Assembly (NCBI GenBank): GCA_038227925.1
Contig: JBBRPN010000002.1
Location: forward strand, 12,214 to 76,213
From: Caulobacterales bacterium
GTDB taxonomy: Bacteria; Pseudomonadota; Alphaproteobacteria; Caulobacterales; Caulobacteraceae
Direction: 5' to 3'
Length of the DNA: 64,000 nt
Positions within the stretch are counted from its first letter, which is position 1. Every line of letters starts with the position of its first letter. Below the pieces are notes generated by a model that worked only from the letters and a program-made list of their open reading frames with translations, was not told the origin of the DNA and did not search any database. Shown here piece after piece: positions 42,349 through 55,340 of the stretch. The position numbers were made by a program, and so were the translations under genes.

Positions 42349-43323
42349 CTAAACCACCAGCACCACCTTCCCCAGATGTGCGCCGCCCTCGAGCCAGGCG
42401 TGAGCGGCGCCCGCTTCGGCGAGGAGAAATGTCCGGTCGACGATCGGCCTGAGTTTGCCCGCCGCGATCCACGGCCAGACGACATGCTCCACCTCGGCGG
42501 CCAGCCGCGCTTTCTCGTCGGCAGAGCGGGGGCGCAGGGTCGAGCCGGTGACGATCAGGCGCTTTTGCATGATCTTGGCGATCGGCAATTCCACCGTCCC
42601 GCCTCCCTGCGAGGCGATGTGGACCAGCCGCCCGCCGGTGTTCAGGGCCTCCAGGTTCTTGGGAAAATACGGCCCGGCGACCATGTCGAGAATGACATCG
42701 ACGCCGCCATCCGCCCTGGCGACGGCTTCGAAGTCCTCGGTGGTCGTATCCACCGCCACATCGGCCCCCAACGCCCGCGCCGCCGCCGCCTTCTCCGCCC
42801 CGCGGGCGGTGGCGATGACCCGCGCCCCGGCCGCCTTGGCCATCTGGATGGCGGCGACGCCGATCCCCGAGATGGCCCCGTGGACCATGAAGGTCTCGCC
42901 GGCTTTCAGGGCGCCGTGCTCGAAGACGTTGGCCCAGACGGTGAAGACGGTCTCGGGCAGAGACGCGGCCTGGGTGAAATCGAGGCCGGCCGGGATCGGT
43001 AGGGCGTGGCGGGCGTCGCACACCGCGACCTGGGCATACCCCCCGCCGCCCAGCAGGGCGCAGACCCTGTCGCCCACTTTCCAGCGCCCGGCCCCGTGGA
43101 CCACCTCGCCGGCGACTTCGAGCCCCAGGCTCGCCGGCGCGCCCGGCGGCGGCGGATAGAAGCCCAGCCGCTGGAGGATGTCGGGCCGGTTCACCCCGGC
43201 CGCCTTGACGGCGATCAGGACTTCGCCGGGTCCAGGGGTCGAGCGGGCGATCTCGACGGGTTTGAGCGCATCGGCCGCGCCCTCGCCGCCTTACACCGCG
43301 ATGGCGGTCATCGTCCCTGTCAT
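42349..43323 (-). pseudogene. NAD(P)H-quinone oxidoreductase (PIG3/MDR family) with a premature stop
   Basis: MTGTMTAIAV*GGEGAADALKPVE...AAGVNRPD: in-frame TAA at 43291-43293, rest intact. Could be a sequencing error. Confidence 0.75.
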
Positions 43324-43406
43324 GCCGACGGTCCTCGATCTTGCGCCCGACGCGGCGCTCAGGTCAGATAGCTCGGGCAAGGGCGGCGGGCAAAGGGAGG
43401 CCATCC

Positions 43407-43613
43407 ATGACCGACGAACCGGCGGAGGCCCGGCGCCAGCGCGGCCAGGCGCTTGTCGAGGCGGCGCGCGAAGACCTCGAACTCTACGGGATCGAGGAGC
43501 TGGCGGAACGCATCGCCGCCCTGGAGACCGAAATCGCCCGCTGCCGCGCCCAGATCGACAAACGGCAGGGCATCCGGGCCGCCGCCGACGCCCTGTTCTC
43601 CCGGCGCGACTGA
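43407..43613 (+). CDS. DUF1192 family small protein
   Basis: EDLELYGIEELAERIAALETEIAR...RAAADALF, with a GGAGG SD. Confidence 0.85.
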   Translation: MTDEPAEARRQRGQALVEAAREDLELYGIEELAERIAALETEIARCRAQIDKRQGIRAAADALFSRRD

Positions 43614-43618
43614 CCCAG

Positions 43619-44296
43619 GTGACCGAGCCGGCGCCGGCTTTCGACCTGAGCACCGCCGCCGGCCGGCGCCGGGCGGTGCTCGACTACCTGTGGACCGACC
43701 ACGCCTGGCTGCGCCTGGGGTTTTCCAACGCCCACCGGATGTCGGACGAGCTGGTGCGGGCCAATCAGCCGTGGCCCTTCCAGGTGAAGGCCTGGGCGCG
43801 GGGTGGGATAAAAACCGTGATCAATCTGCGCGGCGGTTTCGGGGCCAGCTTCCACGTCCTGGAAAAGGCCGCCTGCGCGCGGGCCGGCCTGACCCTGGTC
43901 GACTTCACCATCGCCTCGCGCGACGCGCCCAGCCGCGAGCAGGTGCTGGGGGCGCGGCGCCTCTTCGAGACGGTGGAATACCCGGCCCTCATGCACTGCA
44001 AATCGGGCGCCGACCGGGCCGGGATCATGGCGGTCTTCTACCGCCATTTCCGCCAGGGCCGGCCGATCGGCGAGGCTCTGGGCGAACTTTCCCCGCGCTT
44101 CCTGCACGTCCGCGCCGGCCTCACCGGCGTCCTCGACTACGTGTTCGAGCGCTACCTCGCCGAGGGCGAACCGGCGGGGCTGTCGTTCGCCCAATGGGTG
44201 GAAAGCCCCGCCTACGACCCCGTCGCCCTCAAGGCCGATTTCCGCGCCGCCTGGTGGGGAACCCTGCTGACCGAGCGGCTGCTGCGGCGGGAGTAG
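43619..44296 (+). CDS. Tyrosine/dual-specificity protein phosphatase family protein
   Basis: GTG 43619. GIKTVINLRG and the CX5R loop MHCKSGADRAG. Confidence 0.85.
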   Translation: MTEPAPAFDLSTAAGRRRAVLDYLWTDHAWLRLGFSNAHRMSDELVRANQPWPFQVKAWARGGIKTVINLRGGFGASFHVLEKAACARAGLTLVDFTIASRDAPSREQVLGARRLFETVEYPALMHCKSGADRAGIMAVFYRHFRQGRPIGEALGELSPRFLHVRAGLTGVLDYVFERYLAEGEPAGLSFAQWVESPAYDPVALKADFRAAWWGTLLTERLLRRE

Positions 44297-44299
44297 TGA

Positions 44300-44944
44300 T
44301 CAGGAGGCGGCGGGCGCGCCCTCCGTCTTCGGCATCAGCGCATCGTCGATCGCCGTGGCGCGCAGGGCGGCGGGGCGGTTGCCGATCCGCTCCCAGTAAC
44401 GCTCGAAGGCCGGGCGCCTTTCCATGGAGCCGAACCGCATGCCCCAGCCGATCTGCGCGCCGAAATAGACGTCCGCGGCGGTGAAGCGGTCGCCGGCCAC
44501 ATAGTCGCTCTGGCTGACGGCCTTTTCCAGCGTGTCCATGACGGCGGCGAAGCTGCCGTAGCCGGCCATCATTTCCTTTCCGGCCGGAACCTCGAAGCCC
44601 ATCGACTTGTTGGTCACCGCCGCCTCCACCGGCCCGGCGGCGTAGAACAGCCAGCGATAATAGGGGCCACGCGCGTGATCGCCCGGCGGCGGCGCGAGGC
44701 CGGCCTCGGGAAACGCGTCGGCCAGATAGGCGCAGATGGCGGCGCATTCGGTGACCACGGTGTCGCCGTGGCGGATGGCCGGCACCTTGCCCATGGGATT
44801 GATGGCCAGATACGCGGGCGACTTCATGGCCGTCGCGTATTCGAGCAGTTCGGTGCGATAGGGCGCGCCCACCTCCTCCAGCATCCACCGCACGATCCGC
44901 CCGCGCGACATCGGGTTGGTGTAGAAGACCAGTTCGTCGGCCAT
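44300..44944 (-). CDS. Glutathione S-transferase
   Basis: FYTNPMSRGRIVRWMLEE, INPMGKVP, TECAAICAYLAD and FTAADV. Confidence 0.92.
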   Translation of the reverse strand: MADELVFYTNPMSRGRIVRWMLEEVGAPYRTELLEYATAMKSPAYLAINPMGKVPAIRHGDTVVTECAAICAYLADAFPEAGLAPPPGDHARGPYYRWLFYAAGPVEAAVTNKSMGFEVPAGKEMMAGYGSFAAVMDTLEKAVSQSDYVAGDRFTAADVYFGAQIGWGMRFGSMERRPAFERYWERIGNRPAALRATAIDDALMPKTEGAPAAS

Positions 44945-45053
44945 GGGGCGCTCCTTGTTGGCCGGCAAGCTTATCGTTTCCGGCCGCAGTCCGCCATGTT
45001 GCCGCGCGGCGGACGGATCGGTATCGTCTTTGGCCGTGCGGGAGCCCACCTGA

Positions 45054-45722
45054 ATGTTCCTGGAAATCGCCGAGGTTCTCACTCAGGCCGAGACGGAGCG
45101 GCTGCGCCATATGGCCCAGACGGCGCGGTTCGCCGACGGGCGGCTCTCCAGCCCCCATTCGACGGTCAAGAACAATCGGCAGATCGATCATGCCGATCCG
45201 GCCTATGCCGAATCGTCGAAGCTTCTGGCCGGCGCCCTCCAGCGAAGCGAGGCCTTCCGCAATTTCGCCTATCCCAGGATGATGGCGCCGCCGATGCTGG
45301 CCAAATACGCCCCCGGCATGAACTACGGCGTGCACGCCGACGCCGCCTTCCTGCCCGTCGGTCCCCGGGCGCTGCGCTCGGATCTTTCCCGCACCGTCTT
45401 CATCAGCGCGCCGGAAGCCTACGAGGGCGGGGAGCTGGCTATTCACCTTGGCACCCGGGCGGTGACCTTCAAGGGGCCGGCGCGGTCGGCCATCCTCTAT
45501 CCGTCCAACACTCTGCACGAGGTGCGCCCGGTGACCGCCGGCGAGCGGCTGGTGGGCCTGACCTTCATCGAGAGCATGATCGCCGACGGCGCCTGCCGCG
45601 AGCTGATGTACGAACTGGACGAGGTGGCCGCCCTCGAAGGGCTCCAGATGAGCTGGGAAAATCGCACCCGCCTGCAATGCGTGCGCAACAACCTGCGCCG
45701 CATGTGGGGCGAGAGGGAGTAG
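45054..45722 (+). CDS. PKHD-type Fe(II)/2OG dioxygenase (YbiX/PiuC-like)
   Basis: VKNNRQ, YGVHAD, RSDLS, YEGGEL, LYPSNTLHEVRPVTAGER and NNLRRMW. Confidence 0.9.
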   Translation: MFLEIAEVLTQAETERLRHMAQTARFADGRLSSPHSTVKNNRQIDHADPAYAESSKLLAGALQRSEAFRNFAYPRMMAPPMLAKYAPGMNYGVHADAAFLPVGPRALRSDLSRTVFISAPEAYEGGELAIHLGTRAVTFKGPARSAILYPSNTLHEVRPVTAGERLVGLTFIESMIADGACRELMYELDEVAALEGLQMSWENRTRLQCVRNNLRRMWGERE

Positions 45723-45728
45723 CCCTCC

Positions 45729-46302
45729 TCACGCCAGGTGGGCGGCGCCCGCCATGCCCGCGGCCGCGATCGCCGGGTGGGCGGCGCCGGCCCGCTCCAG
45801 CCAGGCCAGGCCCCGTTCGATCTCCCGGCCGTGCTCGATCCGCGCCTGGACCAGAATCCGCCGACGCTGGTCGGCGTCGAAGGGATGCTCCGGGGCCTTG
45901 GAATAGCGACCCAGATCGGGGCTCCGGAGCATGGCGGCCACATCGCCCTGGTCGGTGTGTCCGTGCAGCCGGGTCAGGGCGGCAGCGAGCCCCACCGACG
46001 GGTCGTCGAGAAAGGCCTCGAAATTCAGCCACAGCACCCGGTCGCCAAATCGGGCTGCCGTCTCGGCCAAGCCCATCAGTTCGCAAGCCCAGCTCATAGC
46101 CGCCAGCTCGCCCTCGGTGAAATCGCCCATGCGCCAGGGCCGGCCGCCCACGCGCCGGCAAAGGCGAGCCAGGCGCGGAGCGGCGTTCGTCGCCAGATGA
46201 GCGCGGGAATTGGGTCCGCCGAGGATGGCCGCCATATAAACCGGCGCCGAGACAATCATCAGGATTGCCCGCGCGGTTGGGTCGCGGGCCATCAGCATCG
46301 CC
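45729..46302 (-). pseudogene. 3' portion of a hypothetical (possibly sulfotransferase-like) gene whose 5' end is replaced by a GST fragment
   Basis: The frame switches abruptly from GST sequence (..AYLADAFP) to unrelated AMLMARDP...WLNFEAFLDDP...GRYSKAP. Confidence 0.55.
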
Positions 46303-46457
46303 GGAAACGCGTCGGCCAGATAGGCGCAGATGGCGGCGCATTCGGTGACCACGGTGTCGCCGTGGCGGATCGCCGGCACCTTGCCCATGGGTTGATGGCC
46401 AGATAGGCCGGCGCTTCATGGTTTCGTAGTCGATCAGCTCGGTGCGATGGGGCGCGC
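46303..46457 (-). pseudogene. Frameshifted glutathione S-transferase fragment, duplicate of 44709-44868
   Basis: About 90 nt nearly identical to the intact GST gene, then indels and divergence. Confidence 0.8.
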
Positions 46458-46667
46458 ATCGCCCGCGTTCAAGCCGGTCTGTTCGGCGACGCGAAATCGG
46501 TGGGCGGCGGTGTCCACGAATTGAGGATCGATCACGGGCCCGGATACCGCGTCTATTTCTCACGACGTGGCGGGGCGGTGGTCTTGCTGCTCTGCGGCGG
46601 TGACAAGTCGAGCCAGGAGCGTGATATCGCGCGCGCCCAGGCCCTGGCGGAACAATGGTTGGAGTGA
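46452..46667 (+). pseudogene. 5'-truncated RelE/HigB-like addiction-module toxin
   Basis: Manual translation ARIARVQAGLFGDAKSVGGGVHELRIDHGPGYRVYF...LLLCGGDKSSQERDI. The N-terminus and native start are missing. Confidence 0.8.
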
Positions 46668-46957
46668 TGAACGTGCCCCTGGAAACCTATCCTTTCGATG
46701 CGGCTGATTCTCTCGATACGCGCGAGGAGCAAGCCGATTTTCTGGCCGAAGCCTTCGCGAGCGGCGATTCCACCGTCGTGACCGCGGCGCTCGGCATGAT
46801 CGCGCGGGCGCGGGGAATCGGCCAGGTCGCTTGGGAAACCGGCCTCAGTCGCGAGGCGCTCTACAAGGCGACAGGTCCGGAGGGAAATCCGACCCTGGCG
46901 ACGCTCATGGGGATCATGCGCGCGACGGGTTTGAAGCTGTCCGCGCGGGTCCGATGA
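46667..46957 (+). CDS. Addiction-module antidote protein (HTH antitoxin)
   Basis: FDAADSL, ALGMIARARG, TGLSREALYKA and GNPTLATL. TGATG coupling to the toxin fragment. Confidence 0.88.
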   Translation: MNVPLETYPFDAADSLDTREEQADFLAEAFASGDSTVVTAALGMIARARGIGQVAWETGLSREALYKATGPEGNPTLATLMGIMRATGLKLSARVR

Positions 46958-46979
46958 CGGCGCGATTTAACGCCCGCCC

Positions 46980-49616
<2,637 letters not shown>

Positions 49617-49625
49617 GCGCCTCTT

Positions 49626-49757
49626 CCTCCCTTCCCTTCATGGGGAGGGCGGCTGCGAGCGCTTGCGAGCAAACGGGTGGGGCTCGTTGGGCAAGGCGCG
49701 CTGCCGCCGCGCCCCACCCGGCGCTCCGCGCCACCCTCCCCATAAAGGGGAGGGAGG
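49626..49757. repeat. CIR/RIME-like palindromic repeat between the two metH halves
   Basis: CCTCCCTTCCCTTCATGGGGAGGG...CCCTCCCCATAAAGGGGAGGGAGG. Confidence 0.8.
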
Positions 49758-49782
49758 CCGGCTCGCTGCGCGTCGAAACCCT

Positions 49783-50856
49783 TCACGCCAGTTCGAACGC
49801 CTCGAGGCCGGCCAAGCGCATGGCCGGCGGTCGCTCCGGGATCGCTCGCGGCGCGGCGCCGGCCACCGCCTGGGCGATCTGGCGGATGTGTTCGGGGGTG
49901 GCGCCGCAGCAGCCGCCGACGATATTGACCAGGCCGCTCTTCGCCCACTCGCCCAGGTGGCGGGCGGTCTCGGCCGGCTCTTCGTCATATTCGCCAAAGG
50001 CGTTGGGCAGGCCGGCGTTGGGATAGGCGGCCACCAGGGTGTCGGCGAGGCGCGCCAGTTCGGCCACGTGCGGGCGCATCAGGTCGGCCCCCAGGGCGCA
50101 GTTGAAGCCGACCACGAAGGGCCGGGCGTGGCGGATCGAGTTCCAGAACGCCTCGACGGTCTGGCCCGACAGGGTCCGTCCTGAACGATCGGTTATCGTA
50201 CCCGAAATCCACATCGGCAGCGGCTCGAGGCCCTCGTCCTGGAGATCGAGGACGGCCTTGATCGCCGCCTTGGCGTTCAGGGTGTCGAAGATGGTCTCGA
50301 CCATGAAGAAGTCCACCCCGCCCTGGTGCAGGGCGCGGGCCTGTTCGAGATAGGCGCCGTGCACGGCGTCGAAGGTCACCGACCGCGCGCCCGGATCGTT
50401 GACGTCGGCGGACATGGAAAGGGTGCGGCTCAAGGGCCCGATCGCCCCGCCGACAAAGCGCGGCTTGTCGGGCGTCCGCGCGCTCCAGCGGTCGGCCGAC
50501 TCGCGAGCCAGGGCGGCGGCGGCGAGGTTGATCTCCGCCGCCTGGCCCTCCAGCCCATAGTCGGACTGGCTGATCGAGGTGGCGTTGAAGGTGTTGGTCT
50601 CGGCGATGTCCGCCCCGGCCTCGAAATAGGCGTCGTGCAGCTCGGCGACCAGGTCCGGGCGGGTCAGGCACAACAGGTCGTTGTCGCCCTTCAGATGGGC
50701 CGGATGATCGGCGAACCGCTCGCCGCGAAACTGCGCCTCGGTCAGGTTCTGGCGCTGCAGCATCACCCCCCAGGAGCCGTCGAGCACCAGGATGCGCGAA
50801 CGGGCGGCGGCTTTCAGCGCCTCGGCGGCGGCGCGGCGGGACGTGGGAGCGGTCAT
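49783..50856 (-). CDS. Homocysteine S-methyltransferase (stand-alone MetH N-terminal domain)
   Basis: ATG 50856. [33 protein letters not shown] and GGCCG. Confidence 0.93.
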   Translation of the reverse strand: MTAPTSRRAAAEALKAAARSRILVLDGSWGVMLQRQNLTEAQFRGERFADHPAHLKGDNDLLCLTRPDLVAELHDAYFEAGADIAETNTFNATSISQSDYGLEGQAAEINLAAAALARESADRWSARTPDKPRFVGGAIGPLSRTLSMSADVNDPGARSVTFDAVHGAYLEQARALHQGGVDFFMVETIFDTLNAKAAIKAVLDLQDEGLEPLPMWISGTITDRSGRTLSGQTVEAFWNSIRHARPFVVGFNCALGADLMRPHVAELARLADTLVAAYPNAGLPNAFGEYDEEPAETARHLGEWAKSGLVNIVGGCCGATPEHIRQIAQAVAGAAPRAIPERPPAMRLAGLEAFELA

Positions 50857-51776
50857 GGCGTCTCCTCCCGAACCCCCAGCACCCGGCAGATGGCGTAGAC
50901 CAGGTCGGCGCGGTTGAGGGTGTAGAAATGGAAGTCGTCGAAGCCCTCCTCCTCCAGGCGGGCGCACATCTCCGCCGCCACCGAGCCGGCGATCAACCGC
51001 CGCGTCTCCGGGTCCTTGTCGAGGCCCTCGAAGAGGTTGCCCAGCCAGTCGGGCAGGGCGATGCGGCAGGGCGCGGCCATCTTCTTGAGGCCCTTGAAAT
51101 TGGTCACCGGCATGATCCCCGCCGAGATCGGGATGGTGACGCCGGCCTTTCGCACCGCCTCGATGAAGCGCAGGAAACCGTCGACATCGAAGAAGAACTG
51201 GGTGATGGCCCGCGTCGCCCCGGCGTCGATCTTCGCCTTCAGCACCTCGATGTCGTGGGCGGCGGACGGGCTTTCGGGATGCACCTGTGGGTAGAGGCCC
51301 ACCGACACTTCGAAGGGCGCGACCGCCGCGATGCCAGCGCTGAGTTCGGTGGCGTTGGCGTAGCCGTCGTCGCGCGGCGCATAGGCCCCGCCGATCTGAC
51401 CCGGCGGATCGCCGCGCAGGGCGACGATGTGGCGGATGCCGGCCCGCCAGTAGTCGGCGATCACCGCGTCCACCTCGGCGCGGCTGGCGTCCACGCAGGT
51501 TAGGTGCGCCGCCGGTTTCAGCGCCGTCTCGTTCAGCATCCGAAGCACGGTGCGGTGGGTGCGCTCGCGGGTCGATCCGCCCGCCCCATAGGTCACCGAG
51601 ACGAACTCGGGGCCCAGCGGCTCGAGGCGGCGGATGGCCTGCCACAGGCTCTCCTCGGCCTCCGGCGTCTTGGGCGGCGAGAACTCGAAGGAAACCTTCA
51701 GCCGCTGGCGGCGCCGGCCGCCGGCCCGGGCCACCGGGCCCAAGGCGCTGGCGGGAAGGGGGATTGGCGCGTTCAT
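50853..51776 (-). CDS. metF: 5,10-methylenetetrahydrofolate reductase
   Basis: [34 protein letters not shown] and HFYTLN. Confidence 0.95.
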   Translation of the reverse strand: MNAPIPLPASALGPVARAGGRRRQRLKVSFEFSPPKTPEAEESLWQAIRRLEPLGPEFVSVTYGAGGSTRERTHRTVLRMLNETALKPAAHLTCVDASRAEVDAVIADYWRAGIRHIVALRGDPPGQIGGAYAPRDDGYANATELSAGIAAVAPFEVSVGLYPQVHPESPSAAHDIEVLKAKIDAGATRAITQFFFDVDGFLRFIEAVRKAGVTIPISAGIMPVTNFKGLKKMAAPCRIALPDWLGNLFEGLDKDPETRRLIAGSVAAEMCARLEEEGFDDFHFYTLNRADLVYAICRVLGVREETP

Positions 51777-52756
51777 GCGACCCTCCGTGGCCGTTCGCCC
51801 AGCCGTTCAGCTTCCCGCTCGGCGCTCCAGATCTTCACCGTCAGGCCGCCCGGCGCGGTCGGCGGCAGGCTCGTCGTGCCGACCGCGCCCAGGCCGGCGG
51901 CGATGAGCCAGCGCGCGATCTCCTCGTCGGAAAAGCCGAGCCGCCGATGCCGATGTTCGGCGCGCAGGAACTCGAGATCGTGCGGCGCGAAATCGACGAT
52001 CAGCAGTCGCCCGCCCGGCGCGGTGAGGCGGGCCGCCTCGGCCACCGCCGCCGCCGGCTCCCCCAGATAGTGCAGCACCTGGTGGACCACCACCAGATCC
52101 GCCTCGCCACCGCCAAGGCCAGTGCCGAGGATGTCGCCGTGACGAAGCTCGCACACGCCAAGGCCCGCCGAGGCCACCCGGCCGCGGGCGATGTTGAGCA
52201 TCTGGCGCGACAGATCGAGGCCCACCGCGCTCTTCGCCCGCCCGCCCAGCAGGGTCAGCATCCGTCCCGTCCCCGAACCGAGATCCACCAGCCGCTCGAA
52301 CGGCCCCTCCCCGGCCGCCTCCAGGATCGCCGCCTCCACCTCGGCCTCGGCGGTGTAGAGCGAGCGGATCTCGTCCCAGTGTTCGGCGTTGTCGGCGAAA
52401 TAGGCCGCCGCCTCGGCCGCCCGCTCGGCGCTGACCCCCACCAGCCGCTCGGCGTCGCGGTCGAGGGTCGGGTCGGCCGGCGAAATCGCCGCCAGGGCAT
52501 GCTCGATCAGATCCCACGCCGACCCGGCGCCGGTCGGGCGGTAGAAAACCCAGGCACCGTCCGGAAATCGCTCCACCAGACCGGCCTCGGCCAGCAGGCG
52601 CAGATGCCGCGACACCCGAGGCTGACTTTGACCGAGTATGCGCGCCAGTTCCAGCACCGCGAGCTCCTCGCGCACCAGGAGGGCCAGGATGCGCAGCCGC
52701 GTCGGCTCGCCGGCCGCCCGCAACACCTCCACCGTCCGATCACAGTTCATCGACAT
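51773..52756 (-). CDS. sahR: ArsR-HTH plus SAM-binding methyltransferase-fold regulator (SahR-type)
   Basis: [26 protein letters not shown] and HQVLHY. Leads the metF-metH operon. Confidence 0.85.
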   Translation of the reverse strand: MSMNCDRTVEVLRAAGEPTRLRILALLVREELAVLELARILGQSQPRVSRHLRLLAEAGLVERFPDGAWVFYRPTGAGSAWDLIEHALAAISPADPTLDRDAERLVGVSAERAAEAAAYFADNAEHWDEIRSLYTAEAEVEAAILEAAGEGPFERLVDLGSGTGRMLTLLGGRAKSAVGLDLSRQMLNIARGRVASAGLGVCELRHGDILGTGLGGGEADLVVVHQVLHYLGEPAAAVAEAARLTAPGGRLLIVDFAPHDLEFLRAEHRHRRLGFSDEEIARWLIAAGLGAVGTTSLPPTAPGGLTVKIWSAEREAERLGERPRRVA

Positions 52757-52760
52757 GGAG

Positions 52761-52780
52761 ATATAAAGATATCGTTATAT
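52761..52780. promoter_or_regulatory. SahR-type operator
   Basis: ATATAAAGATATCGTTATAT, a 20-bp near-perfect palindrome 5 nt upstream of the start codon. Confidence 0.75.
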
Positions 52781-52835
52781 GATTATGTCAAGGTGAAACA
52801 CATCCTGCCGTTCCTGACCCGGATGGCGTAAGAAA

Positions 52836-53525
52836 ATGGCGATGCCAACGCTCACCTACGCCATCGGCGATATCCACGGCCGCCTGGACCTCCTTCGCAA
52901 AGCCCAGGGCGCCATCGCCGCCCACGCTGGCGCCGCGCCCCATCGGGTGATCTGCCTGGGCGACTATGTCGATCGCGGCCGGGACTCCAAAGGGGTCATC
53001 GAAACCCTGATGGCCCTCTGTGTGGAGTCGTCCTGGATCTGCCTGAAGGGCAACCATGAGGATTTGATGGTCGAGGCGCTGCGCACCGAGCGCTGGGGCG
53101 GCCTCGAGCGCTGGACGGCCAATGGCGGCGACGAGACTCTCCTGTCCTACGGCGGCGAACATGGCGTCCCGGCGGCCCACCTCGACTGGCTGGAAGCCCT
53201 GCCGCTCTTCCACCGCGACGCCCATCGCTTCTTCGTCCACGCCGGTGTGAAGCCGAATCTTCCCCTTGAATATCAGGATCCCCACAGCCTCATGTGGATC
53301 CGAAACGCCTTTCTCGCCGCGCCGCCCGAAGCGCTGCCCTGCCATGTCGTCCACGGACACACTCCGCGCTGGCGGTTGAAGCCCGACCTCGCCCGTCCCG
53401 AGCGCCTGGCCCACCGCACCAATCTCGACACCGGCGCGGTGTGGACCGGGATTTTAAGCGTCGGCGTCTTCGAGGACAGCCGGGCAGGCGGACCGATAAA
53501 GGTGTTGTCGATCGTGGAGGTATAG
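52836..53525 (+). CDS. Metallophosphoesterase (PphA-like Ser/Thr phosphatase)
   Basis: IGDIHG, LGDYVDRG, KGNHE, FVHAG, VHGHT and LDTG. Confidence 0.9.
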   Translation: MAMPTLTYAIGDIHGRLDLLRKAQGAIAAHAGAAPHRVICLGDYVDRGRDSKGVIETLMALCVESSWICLKGNHEDLMVEALRTERWGGLERWTANGGDETLLSYGGEHGVPAAHLDWLEALPLFHRDAHRFFVHAGVKPNLPLEYQDPHSLMWIRNAFLAAPPEALPCHVVHGHTPRWRLKPDLARPERLAHRTNLDTGAVWTGILSVGVFEDSRAGGPIKVLSIVEV

Positions 53526-53584
53526 AGAGGGAGCGGGACCGGCGATCGGCCGCTTTTTGCCCCTTGCAATATTCGTTCTAACTC

Positions 53585-53610
53585 CGATATATCAACTGTC
53601 TCGATATATC
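53585..53610. promoter_or_regulatory. CGATATATC direct repeat, candidate PadR/YqjI operator
   Basis: Two copies, at 53585-53593 and 53602-53610, just upstream of the PadR gene. Confidence 0.55.
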
Positions 53611-53635
53611 TCGGACGTATCAAATAGGAACGAAC

Positions 53636-54193
53636 ATGCATCGTTGTCATACTTCCCATCGCGACCGCGGCTCCTCTAGCTCGGACGTTGCCGACGGCCG
53701 CGAACACCACAGCCGGTATCGCCACAGCCGGAGCAGCCGCGTTTTCGAGCAGGGCGATCTGCGCTACGTCATGCTGACGCTGATCGCCGACAAGCCCAGG
53801 CACGGCTACGAACTGATCAAGGAGATCGAGGACCGCCTGGCCGGCGCCTACAGCCCCAGCCCCGGCCTGGTCTATCCCACCCTGACCCTGCTCGAGGAGC
53901 TCGGCTACGTCGCGCCAGTCCAGGCGGAGGGGACCAAGAAGGGCTACGCCATCACCGGCCAGGGCCGGGCCGTCCTGAAACGCGACAAGGCGGCGGTGGA
54001 CGCCATCTTCGAGCGGATCGCCGCCGTGGCCAAGCGGGCCGGCGCCGGTCCCGACCCCCGGATCGTCCGCGCCATGGAAAATCTCAAGACCGCCCTGCGC
54101 CTACGCCTGGAGCGCGGTAAACTGACCGGCGACCAGATCGCCGATGTCGCCGCCGCCCTGGACGCCGCCGCCGCGACGGTCGAGCGGGAGTAG
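53636..54193 (+). CDS. PadR family regulator (YqjI-like)
   Basis: GDLRYVML, PRHGYELIKEIE and SPSPGLVYPTLTLLEE, with a His/Arg-rich N-terminus. Confidence 0.9.
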   Translation: MHRCHTSHRDRGSSSSDVADGREHHSRYRHSRSSRVFEQGDLRYVMLTLIADKPRHGYELIKEIEDRLAGAYSPSPGLVYPTLTLLEELGYVAPVQAEGTKKGYAITGQGRAVLKRDKAAVDAIFERIAAVAKRAGAGPDPRIVRAMENLKTALRLRLERGKLTGDQIADVAAALDAAAATVERE

Positions 54194-54215
54194 GGAGTCA
54201 TCGCTCCGATCTTCC

Positions 54216-55151
54216 CTACTCCGTCACCGGATTGGCCAGGGGCTCGCCGGCGAAGAAGCGGCGCAGGTTTTCGCGGGTGAGGGCCATCATCTTGGGGATG
54301 GCGCCCGAGGTCGCGCCGGCGGTGTGCGGGGTGAGCAGGGTGTTTGGAACCCCGTCCCATCGCTGAACGGATGTGGGCTCGCTCTGGTAGACATCCAGGG
54401 CCGCCATGCCCAGCCGGCCGTCGCCGAGCGCCTCGATGAGGGCGTCCTCATCGACGATCTGGCCGCGGGCGACATTGACCAGCAGGCCGCGGGGGCCCAG
54501 GGCGTCGAGCACGGCGCGCGAGATCATGCCCCGGGTCTCCTCGCCGGCCCGGCAGGTGACGACCAGGATGTCGCTGGCCTCGGCCAGGGCCGCCAGGCTC
54601 TCCGCTCGGGGCCACGGCGCCGACGGCTTTTCGCGCGGGCCCCACCAGGCGATCTTGAGCCCGAAGGCCTCGGCCCGCCGGGCCACCGCCTCGCCGATGG
54701 CCCCCAGGCCGACGATCCCCAGCCGGCGCCCGCCGAGTGAGGCGGAGCGCATCTTCTCGGCCGAGACCCAGCCGCCGGCCCTCAGCATCCGGTCGCCCTC
54801 GGCGATCCGCCGCCAGGCGGCGAGGATCAGGCCCAGGGCATGGTCGGCCACGTCCTCGTGGTTGACCCCCGGCGAGTGGCTGACCTTGAGGCCCCGCGCC
54901 AGCGCCCAGGGCAGGTCCAGGCCGTCGTAGCCGGCGGTGAAGAAGGCGATCAGGCCCAGATTGGGCAGGCGCTCCACCAGCGTCTTATCGACCGGGAACT
55001 CGCCGGCCACCACCAGGGCGCGGATGACGTTCACCGCCTCCACCGGCGGGCCTTCCCAGAACCGCCAGACGGTGAACTCCGGCTCCAGGAAGGCGGTCAG
55101 GGGGGCCAGGTGGGGCTGGACGATGAGCAGGGCCGGCTTGGAGTGGGGCAT
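54216..55151 (-). CDS. D-2-hydroxyacid dehydrogenase
   Basis: AGYDGLD, GLGAIG, VNVARG, ALDVY and TPHTAG. Confidence 0.9.
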   Translation of the reverse strand: MPHSKPALLIVQPHLAPLTAFLEPEFTVWRFWEGPPVEAVNVIRALVVAGEFPVDKTLVERLPNLGLIAFFTAGYDGLDLPWALARGLKVSHSPGVNHEDVADHALGLILAAWRRIAEGDRMLRAGGWVSAEKMRSASLGGRRLGIVGLGAIGEAVARRAEAFGLKIAWWGPREKPSAPWPRAESLAALAEASDILVVTCRAGEETRGMISRAVLDALGPRGLLVNVARGQIVDEDALIEALGDGRLGMAALDVYQSEPTSVQRWDGVPNTLLTPHTAGATSGAIPKMMALTRENLRRFFAGEPLANPVTE

Positions 55152-55340
55152 GGCGGGCGGGCGCCTCGGCGATCGGTCGGCGCCTCATAGACCCTTCGCC
55201 GCGGGCTTGACCAGACGGCGAGAGGCGGCCGTCCCGCCGGCCGTCGTTTCTTGTCAGGCGACTCGCAACGAATTAACGACCTCGCTCGTTGAAGCTTGAC
55301 CGACGGCCCTCCCGCCGTCTTGGATGGAGATACCCTCAAG

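Noticed and set aside
43291-43293. Programmed stop-codon recoding (Sec/Pyl)
   Set aside because: The codon is TAA at a non-catalytic position, and all other genes use the standard code.
52757-52835. SAM or cobalamin riboswitch upstream of the met operon
   Set aside because: The gap is short, and its main feature is a protein-operator palindrome.
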